Source of the DNA: Candidatus Sulfobium sp.
GTDB taxonomy: Bacteria; Nitrospirota; Thermodesulfovibrionia; Thermodesulfovibrionales; UBA6898
Direction: 5' to 3'
DNA length: 14,352 nt
NCBI GenBank assembly: GCA_037380845.1
Contig: JARRRI010000043.1
Coordinates: 1 to 14,352, forward strand
The translations under genes were made by a program, and so were the position numbers. Under the pieces are notes generated by a model. The model did not search any database, was not told the origin of the DNA, and was given only the letters and a program-made list of their open reading frames with translations. This document shows, piece by piece, positions 1-6,247 of the stretch. Within the stretch, counting starts at the first letter, position 1; each line of letters starts with the position of its first letter.

Positions 1-386
1 TTCCTGAAGGCCTCGTCTTCCCTGTTTACTACCACCTGGGTAATAACCGTCACTACATCGACCAAAGGGGCTATCTTCCTAAGGTGGTTGTAGAGCGTCT
101 GCTGGATCATGAAGCCTATTCCACCCTCGGAATCGGCGTCGCAGATATAGAGGGGCATGGGAGGAACGGTGTTCCTCGCCGCCTCGTTTCTTATCATGAT
201 GTTTCCGACAATGGGGCCGTTGCCGTGAGTGATGACGATTCTGCGCCCCTCGCCGATCATGCGGGATATCTCCCGTACACATTCGCCGGTATGGGCGAAC
301 TGTTCTTCTATCGTCCCGCTTTCGCCCCTCCTTATCAGGGCATTCCCGCCGAGCGAAACGATGCACAGAGGAGAAAGTCCGCTCAC
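1..386 (-). CDS. arcC: Carbamate kinase (5' part; truncated by the left window edge)
   Basis: Hand translation from GTG at 386-384 is open to the edge: MSGLSPLCIVSLGGNALIRRGESGTIEEQF...RIVITHGNGPIVGNIMIRNE...PMPLYICDADSEGGIGFMIQQTLYNHL...VVTVITQVVVNREDEAFR. LGGNAL, THGNGPxVG, IGxxIQQ and TQVVV..D.AF are carbamate kinase hallmarks. The start overlaps the upstream stop (GTGA, 386-383). Not in the ORF track. Confidence 0.93.
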   Translation of the reverse strand, partial: MSGLSPLCIVSLGGNALIRRGESGTIEEQFAHTGECVREISRMIGEGRRIVITHGNGPIVGNIMIRNEAARNTVPPMPLYICDADSEGGIGFMIQQTLYNHLRKIAPLVDVVTVITQVVVNREDEAFR

Positions 387-1738
387 CTCTTCAGCGCCTT
401 CCCCGGCGCTCCCTGATCAAGGCTGTCCACAAATCCTTCTATGCACGCCCGGAACTCGTTCCCCTCAACCTCTTCTATGCCGTAGCTCACCCGCACCACT
501 TTCCTGCTGATATGTAGCAGGCTCCCCAGGTCCACCGGCGTGGCGACCAGGACGACGTCGCAGGGGACGCTCTCTATGGTCTTCCTCAGTTCCTCAATCT
601 GCTCCGGTGCGTACCCTGTGGCCGGCAGCAGGTCCCCTATATGGGCATAACGCCGGAAAGTCTCTTTTATCGAACCCACCGCGTAAGGACGCGGATCGAC
701 AACTTCGGCAGCATGGAACTGCCTCGCGGCGAGCAGGCCCGCCCCGTATGACATACCGCCGTGGGTCAAGGTCGGTCCGTCTTCCACCACCAGGACCTTC
801 CTACCCTTTATTCCCTCCGGATCATCGGTCGAAATGCGGGAGGCAGTGCGTACGATGACAGCTTGGGCATTGACCGATCTGACATTCTGTTCGACGATCG
901 CCACACTCTCCCTGTCAGCCGTGTCGACTTTGTTGATAATAGCGACGTCGGCCCTCCTCATGTTCGCCTCTCCGGGATGATAGAGCATTTCGTGGCCGGC
1001 CCTGTGAGGGTCCAGCACGACGGTCTCAAGGTCGGGCCTGACAAACGGCAGGTCGTTATTACCTCCGTCCCAGACAATGATCTCCGCCTCTTTCTCGACG
1101 CTCTTAACTATCTCCTGATAATCGACCCCCGCATAAACAACCGCTCCTTCGGCTATGAGGGGCTCGTATTCCTCCCTCTCCTCTATAGTGCAGTTCTGAC
1201 TGTCCAGATCCCCGGGCTTTTCAAACCTCTGAACCCTCTCCCTGGCGAGATCACAATAAGGCATAGGGTGGCGGATGGCGGCGGGTTTCAGGCCCTTCTC
1301 CCTCAGTATCCTCAGCACGTACCGGGTTACTTCACTCTTGCCGCAGCCAGTCCTCACCGCGCAGACGGAGATCACGGGCAGGGCCGATTCGATCATTGTC
1401 TTCTCGGCACCCAGGAGGACAAAGTCCGCTCCCAGAGAGATGCAGAGAGACGCCTTGTGCATGACATACTCATGCGATACATCGCTGTACGCGAAGACGA
1501 CCTGGTCGATTCCATACTCCGGGATAAGTGCCCCGAGGGTATCCTCGGGATAAATGGGGATGCCCTCCGGATAAAGATGTCCTGCCAGTTCCCGGGGATA
1601 GGTCCTTGTCTCTATGTACGGTATCTGGGCCGCCGTAAAGGCTTTTACATCGTAGGCGTCACTGTCTCTGTAACAGACATTGAAGTTATGGAAATCCCTG
1701 CCGGCCGCCCCCATTATAATCAGCCGCTGTCTCTTCAT
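383..1738 (-). CDS. COG2403 P-loop NTPase (annotated GTPase / cDPG-synthetase-like); probable arginine synthetase, ArcE type (451 aa)
   Basis: N-terminal IIMGAAGRDFHNFN, P-loop AVRTGCGKS, IRHPMPY, CTIEEREEYEP, WDGGNND and VVEDGPTLTHG. The start is placed at ATG 1738 (ATGA overlap with the aminotransferase stop) rather than 1858, because the extra 40 codons lie inside the aminotransferase gene. Adjacent to carbamate kinase. The family call is firm; the arginine synthetase function is inference. Confidence 0.8.
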   Translation of the reverse strand: MKRQRLIIMGAAGRDFHNFNVCYRDSDAYDVKAFTAAQIPYIETRTYPRELAGHLYPEGIPIYPEDTLGALIPEYGIDQVVFAYSDVSHEYVMHKASLCISLGADFVLLGAEKTMIESALPVISVCAVRTGCGKSEVTRYVLRILREKGLKPAAIRHPMPYCDLARERVQRFEKPGDLDSQNCTIEEREEYEPLIAEGAVVYAGVDYQEIVKSVEKEAEIIVWDGGNNDLPFVRPDLETVVLDPHRAGHEMLYHPGEANMRRADVAIINKVDTADRESVAIVEQNVRSVNAQAVIVRTASRISTDDPEGIKGRKVLVVEDGPTLTHGGMSYGAGLLAARQFHAAEVVDPRPYAVGSIKETFRRYAHIGDLLPATGYAPEQIEELRKTIESVPCDVVLVATPVDLGSLLHISRKVVRVSYGIEEVEGNEFRACIEGFVDSLDQGAPGKALKR

Positions 1739-3024
1739 CCGGGGCCCCCGCCCGTGCCGGAAACCGCCTCTTCCAGTATATCCAGTCCTTTTGATATCTC
1801 GTCCTTCGTGACCGGCAGAGGCGGAGCGAGTCTGATAATGTTCTTGTCCACCCCACATTCCAGCAGCACCAGTCCCCGGTCAAGACAGTATTTCAGGATT
1901 TTTTTGAGCCCTTCGGTATCGGGTCCTCCTTCCATGTCCACGAATTCTATGCCGATCATCAGGCCCAAGCCCCTGACGTCGCCGATGCGGCCGTTCCTGT
2001 CCTTCATTTCGCGAAGCCGGCCGAGCGCGGACTCCCCCACAGAGGCGGCATGGTCCAGAAGTCCCTCCCGTTCAATAACTTCTATCGTCGCCAGCGCGCT
2101 CGCGCAGGACACGGGATTGCCGCCGAAAGTAGTGCCGTGCGCCCCCGGCGCCCACTTCTCCATAATCTCCTTTTTTGACGCTATGGCGCTGAGGGGGAGA
2201 CCGGAGGCAATCCCCTTTGCGAGAGTCATGATGTCAGGCACGACGCCGAAGTGCTCGGATGCAAACCATCTGGCCGTCCTCCCCATGCCCGCCTGAACCT
2301 CGTCGAAGACCAGGAGGATGTCGCGCCTGTTGCAGATCTCCCTCAGACTGGCAAGAAACCCCTGCGGCGGAACCACGTAGCCCCCCTCACCCAGCACGGG
2401 CTCTATGATCATGCATGCGACCTCCTCCGGAGGGACAAGGTGTTTGAAGAGCCTCTCGAGGTGTTCGATGCAGTCCATGCCGCAGCTGCCCGCCCTCTGA
2501 CCGAAGAAACACCGAAAGCAATAGGGATAAGGTGAATGATAGATGGATGCGACGAAGGGCTGATAGCGTTTCCGGTATCTAATATTTGACGTGGTAAGAC
2601 TCATCGCGCCGAAGGTCCGCCCGTGAAATCCCCCGGTAAATGCGACCACGCCCTGCTTTCCGGTGTAGAACCGGGCAAGCTTGATCGCCCCTTCCACCGC
2701 TTCAGCGCCCGAGTTCCCGTAGAAAAACATGTTCAGCCCGGGGGGCGTCACTTTTCCGAGTTTTTCCGACAAAGCCACAAGGGGCTCGTAGTGGAAAATA
2801 CATCCGGAATGAATGAGTGCCCCGGCCTGCTTCTTTATGGCTTCCATAACCAGGGGATGGTTGTGGCCGACATTCGTGGTGGCAAGCCCGGAGGTAAAAT
2901 CCATGAACCTCCTGCCGTTTATGTCTTCCACGTAAATCCCGGATGCCTTCTTCACCACGATATCGGTGTGGATTATAAGGGCACTGGTCAGGACCTCTTT
3001 CGCCCGTGAAACAATATCACTCAT
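1735..3024 (-). CDS. Class-III PLP-dependent aminotransferase (GabT / ornithine omega-aminotransferase-like)
   Basis: Motifs FMDFTSG...NVGHNHP, NSGAEAVEGAIK, FHGRT, IIEPVLGEGG, DEVQAGMGRT, TLAKG (PLP lysine) and HGTTFGGNP. 429 aa. Purine-rich AAAAGGGA upstream. Confidence 0.93.
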   Translation of the reverse strand: MSDIVSRAKEVLTSALIIHTDIVVKKASGIYVEDINGRRFMDFTSGLATTNVGHNHPLVMEAIKKQAGALIHSGCIFHYEPLVALSEKLGKVTPPGLNMFFYGNSGAEAVEGAIKLARFYTGKQGVVAFTGGFHGRTFGAMSLTTSNIRYRKRYQPFVASIYHSPYPYCFRCFFGQRAGSCGMDCIEHLERLFKHLVPPEEVACMIIEPVLGEGGYVVPPQGFLASLREICNRRDILLVFDEVQAGMGRTARWFASEHFGVVPDIMTLAKGIASGLPLSAIASKKEIMEKWAPGAHGTTFGGNPVSCASALATIEVIEREGLLDHAASVGESALGRLREMKDRNGRIGDVRGLGLMIGIEFVDMEGGPDTEGLKKILKYCLDRGLVLLECGVDKNIIRLAPPLPVTKDEISKGLDILEEAVSGTGGGPG

Positions 3025-3140
3025 GACATCAGATCCCTTTTCGTTTGCGGACTGAGGTGCCAGGTCCGAGGCAAGAAACGGCCGAACTCAAACCTCCTTC
3101 GTCGTGTGAGGCCTCATCCAACCACGAAAAGCAGGCAGCC

Positions 3141-3236
3141 GAAGAAAGATTTCCGACGCGCTCCGCTTGCGGGAATAACAGATGAAGACCTGGTATCATG
3201 GTCTTTGTAATTCCGGCTCGTCCGGAATCTTTCTTC
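3141..3236. repeat. Inverted dimer of REP-like palindromic units (CGTC-family-like), 96 bp
   Basis: Perfect 11-bp outer inverted repeat GAAGAAAGATT (3141-3151) / AATCTTTCTTC (3226-3236). The right unit is GTAATTCCGGctcgtCCGGAATC. The left unit read on the minus strand is GTTATTCCCGcaagcggagcgcgtCGGAAATC. Inner arms AAGACC (3185-3190) / GGTCTT (3200-3205). Confidence 0.7.
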
Positions 3237-3305
3237 ACCTCTAAGTCCTGCCGAATTGTTACCTCAGCACACCGCACGTTCGCCTTCTCCTGAGTGCATC
3301 ATCTT

Positions 3306-4796
3306 CTACCTGTCTATCTGAGCCTTCTGCAGTCTTCCGCTGAAGTCCCGGTAAATGATCTTCCACTTGGTAAACATGTCCAGGACTCCCCCTTTTCCGC
3401 CCGCCTCCCTGTACCCGAAGCCGCTACTCTTCGTGCCCCCAAAGGGGAGCTGAACCTCGGAGCCGATTGTAGAGGCGTTTATATAGACCATGCCGGTATC
3501 GAGCTCCCTTTCGGCAAAGGCCGACTTATTGACATTACTGGTATAAATCGCCGATACCAGACCGTACCTGCTGTCGTTCACTATGTTTATGGCGTCTTCG
3601 AGTCCCTCCGCCTTTATTACGGACACCACGGGGCCGAATATCTCTTCCCTGGCTATCCTCATCTGCGGCCCGACGTCGGCGAAGACCGTGGGTTCGATGA
3701 AGTATCCCCTGGCGCAGTCCCCCTCCCGGCAGGCCTTTCCGCCGGTCGTGAGCCTGGCCCCCTCGCCCCGGCCTACTTCTATGTATTTGAGCACCTTCTC
3801 CATCTGGGCCTCGTTTATCAACGGTCCGACATCGGTCCTCTCATCCAGACCGTTCCCTAGCCTGAGTTTCTCAGCCTCAGCGGTCAGCATGTCCACAAAC
3901 CTGTCATAGACAGACCGGTGGACGACCATGCGGCTCGACGCTGTACAGCGCTGGCCGGTCGTGCCGAAGCCGCCCCAGACGGCCCCCCCGACGGCGAGTT
4001 CCAGGTCGGCGTCATCCATGATGATGATGGCGTTCTTGCCCCCCGTCTCACAAGACACCTTCACCCCCCGCGAGGCGCAGATCCCCGCGATCTTCTCTCC
4101 CACTGCGGTTGATCCCGTAAAGGACAGCCCGTCCAGGTCAGGATGAGACGCAAGACATTCTCCGGTCGCTTCCCCGCTTCCGTTCACAAGGTTCAGGACT
4201 CCTCCGGGAAGCCCCGACTCGTTGAAAATTTCGACGAGCTTCGACGCGCATACCGGGGTGAAGCTGCTGGGCTTGAAAACCACCGTATTACCGGAGACAA
4301 GGGCCGGCATTATCTTCCATCCGGGTATGGCCAGGGGGAAATTCCAGGGAGTTATAAGAGCGCATACCCCGATGGGGACCCGCAGGGACTTGCAGTCTTT
4401 GTCGGGCAGTTCAGAGGGTATCGTCTCGCCCGACAGCCGTCTCCCTTCGCCCGCCATGTACTGGCCCATGTCGATCGCCTCCTGCACGTCCCCCAGGGCC
4501 TCCTTCAAGACCTTACCCATCTCCCTCGTCATAAGCTCGCCCAACTCCTGTTTTCTTCCGGCGAGCTTCTCCGCAGCCCGGAGCACGATCTCTCCCCGTT
4601 TCGGGGCGGGCGTGAGCCGCCATCCCCTGTAAGCCTTCCTGGCGGCCTGAACCGCCCTGTCCACGTCTTCTTTATCGGATTTACTGACGACGCCGACGAC
4701 CTCGGAGGTGTCGGCGGGATTGATGCTCCGGAAGGTTTCTCCGCTCAGAGAGTCCTGCCATTTCCCGGCGATGAAGTTTCCCACAGTCTCAGGCAT
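3306..4796 (-). CDS. NAD(P)+-dependent aldehyde dehydrogenase (amino-acid semialdehyde / KGSADH-like group)
   Basis: ITPWNFP, VFKPS, FTGSTAVG, catalytic Glu in CETGGKN, catalytic Cys in TGQRCTA, EEIFGPV and LPFGG. Strong RBS AAAGGGAGGT upstream of ATG 4796. Confidence 0.95.
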   Translation of the reverse strand: MPETVGNFIAGKWQDSLSGETFRSINPADTSEVVGVVSKSDKEDVDRAVQAARKAYRGWRLTPAPKRGEIVLRAAEKLAGRKQELGELMTREMGKVLKEALGDVQEAIDMGQYMAGEGRRLSGETIPSELPDKDCKSLRVPIGVCALITPWNFPLAIPGWKIMPALVSGNTVVFKPSSFTPVCASKLVEIFNESGLPGGVLNLVNGSGEATGECLASHPDLDGLSFTGSTAVGEKIAGICASRGVKVSCETGGKNAIIIMDDADLELAVGGAVWGGFGTTGQRCTASSRMVVHRSVYDRFVDMLTAEAEKLRLGNGLDERTDVGPLINEAQMEKVLKYIEVGRGEGARLTTGGKACREGDCARGYFIEPTVFADVGPQMRIAREEIFGPVVSVIKAEGLEDAINIVNDSRYGLVSAIYTSNVNKSAFAERELDTGMVYINASTIGSEVQLPFGGTKSSGFGYREAGGKGGVLDMFTKWKIIYRDFSGRLQKAQIDR

Positions 4797-4868
4797 AAGT
4801 ACCTCCCTTTACGGCGGCCCGAAATGGAAAACGAAAAATCCTCCCGGATAATGCGCTCTCCAGTTCCA

Positions 4869-4897
4869 ATTTTCCCGCACCCGTGGTGGGTTGTCAA
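4869..4897 (-). promoter_or_regulatory. Candidate sigma70 promoter for the ALDH-aminotransferase-COG2403-arcC operon
   Basis: Minus-strand TTGACA at 4897-4892, 17-nt spacer, GAAAAT at 4874-4869. Perfect -35, weak -10. Confidence 0.4.
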
Positions 4898-4932
4898 GAA
4901 ACTGCCGCGGAAGCGGCGGAACCGGAATCTTG

Positions 4933-4962
4933 TTGACAATTCCGGGGCCGTTTCCATATAGT
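4933..4962 (+). promoter_or_regulatory. Candidate sigma70 promoter P1 for the efflux operon
   Basis: TTGACA (4933-4938), N18, TATAGT (4957-4962). Confidence 0.55.
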
Positions 4963-4968
4963 AAAAAT

Positions 4969-4988
4969 GTAAGTGAGCGCTAACATAC
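4969..4988. promoter_or_regulatory. Palindromic operator-like site
   Basis: GTAAGTGAGCGCTAACATAC matches its own reverse complement at 16/20 positions, is centred on AGCGCT and lies just downstream of the P1 -10 box. Confidence 0.55.
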
Positions 4989-5008
4989 GTAGACCCCGGG
5001 TCCCTCCC

Positions 5009-5037
5009 TTGACTAAGACGCAGCGGCTTCACATAAT
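5009..5037 (+). promoter_or_regulatory. Candidate sigma70 promoter P2 for the efflux operon
   Basis: TTGACT (5009-5014), N17, CATAAT (5032-5037); 5/6 and 5/6 consensus matches with optimal spacing. Confidence 0.55.
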
Positions 5038-5098
5038 AAGAATTCACAGCAGAGGGGATGAGAGGGGAGCAGTGAAGCGGACGATAAGGAGAAATCAG

Positions 5099-6247
5099 AT
5101 GTCGAACAGCAGTAGTTTCGGATTCGGGAAAATGTTAAACAGGGTCGCCGTTATTCTCATTCTTTTCGCCGCAACATCTCTTACGGCCTGTACTAAGAAA
5201 AAATCGGATCCGCCGCCCAGACCACCGGCGCCCGTCAACGTTGCCAAGGTGGTCCGGAAGACTGTGCCGGTACAGGTAGAGGCGATAGGGAATGTCGAGG
5301 CATATTCGACCATACAGGTCAAATCGCAGATAGGCGGCCAGCTGATGAAGGTGCATTTCAGGGAGGGCCAGGATGTAAAAAAAGGCGACCTCCTGTTCAC
5401 CATCGACCCCCGCCCCTATGAGGCCCAGGTAAAGCAGGCGCAAGCCGCCCTTGCGAAGGACGCCGCACAGATGGAGTATGCACATGAGGAAGCGCGCCGG
5501 TATGAGGAACTGGTCAGGAAAGGGTATGCCGCCAGAGACCGGTACGATCAGATCCGGGCCAACGCCTCGGCCCTCGATGCGACAGTGAAGGCCGACAAGG
5601 CCCTGCTCGATAATGCAAAGCTCCAGTTGACATACTGCTATATCCATTCTCCGATCACGGGCAGGACAGGGACCCTTCTTTCAAATGAGGGCAACCTCAT
5701 CAAGGCAAATGCGGATACCCCGATGGTAACTATCCAGCAGGTGCGGCCCATATACGTAAATTTCTCCGTGCCCGAGCAGTATCTCGCTGTGATCAAGAAG
5801 TTTATGACCCGAGGTAAACTGAAGGTCCGGGCCATACCAGACCGCAAAGGCGGTGGGGCCGAAAATGGAGAGCTGACCTTCGTGGACAATTCCGTAGACG
5901 CTTCGACCGGAACGATCAGGCTTAAGGGAACTTTCGGCAACAGGGACAAAAGGCTCTGGCCGGGACAGTTCGTCAACGTAAAACTTACGCTAACACAGCA
6001 GCCGGATGCCTTAATCGTTCCGTCGAGCGCCGTCCAGACAGGACAGGACGGAGATTATGTCTTTGTCGTAAAGGAAAACCACACGGTGGGCCAGAACCCG
6101 GTGACGGTGGAAAGGACCTTCGACGATGAGTCGGTCATAGAAAAGGGCCTTGCCCCCGGGGAAACGGTCGTAACCGACGGTCAGCTGCGGCTGGGACCGG
6201 GAGCCAAAGTGGTGATAAAGAACGCTTCCGAAGGCATTAAAGAGTGA
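5099..6247 (+). CDS. RND periplasmic adaptor subunit, MdtA/MuxA-like lipoprotein
   Basis: ATG 5099 with RBS AAGGAG (5086-5091); alternative ATG at 5132. Hydrophobic signal ending in lipobox LTAC. Motifs EGQDVKKGDLLFTIDPRPY, IHSPITGRTG, VDASTGTIRLKG and LWPGQFV. Confidence 0.93.
   Translation: MSNSSSFGFGKMLNRVAVILILFAATSLTACTKKKSDPPPRPPAPVNVAKVVRKTVPVQVEAIGNVEAYSTIQVKSQIGGQLMKVHFREGQDVKKGDLLFTIDPRPYEAQVKQAQAALAKDAAQMEYAHEEARRYEELVRKGYAARDRYDQIRANASALDATVKADKALLDNAKLQLTYCYIHSPITGRTGTLLSNEGNLIKANADTPMVTIQQVRPIYVNFSVPEQYLAVIKKFMTRGKLKVRAIPDRKGGGAENGELTFVDNSVDASTGTIRLKGTFGNRDKRLWPGQFVNVKLTLTQQPDALIVPSSAVQTGQDGDYVFVVKENHTVGQNPVTVERTFDDESVIEKGLAPGETVVTDGQLRLGPGAKVVIKNASEGIKE

Noticed and set aside
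1739..1858. 40-aa N-terminal extension of the COG2403 ORF
   Set aside because: It overlaps the aminotransferase 3' end; the family motif starts right after ATG 1738, which has an ATGA coupling.
761..2296. 511-aa plus-strand ORF
   Set aside because: Antisense shadow of two well-supported genes, with no recognisable motifs.
3211..3227. Minus-strand hairpin TTCCGG-ACGAG-CCGGAA resembling a guanidine-II (mini-ykkC) ACGR hairpin
   Set aside because: The loop is 5 nt rather than a closed ACGR tetraloop, there is no second adjacent ACGR hairpin or nearby start, and the REP-like unit explains it.
5051..5068. Direct repeat AGAGGGGA x2 with 10-nt period in the leader
   Set aside because: Short, low-complexity purine run that cannot be distinguished from chance.
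4973..5098. 42-aa extension of the RND adaptor from GTG 4973
   Set aside because: It runs through the operator and promoter elements; ATG 5099 has a good RBS and places the lipoprotein signal near the N-terminus.
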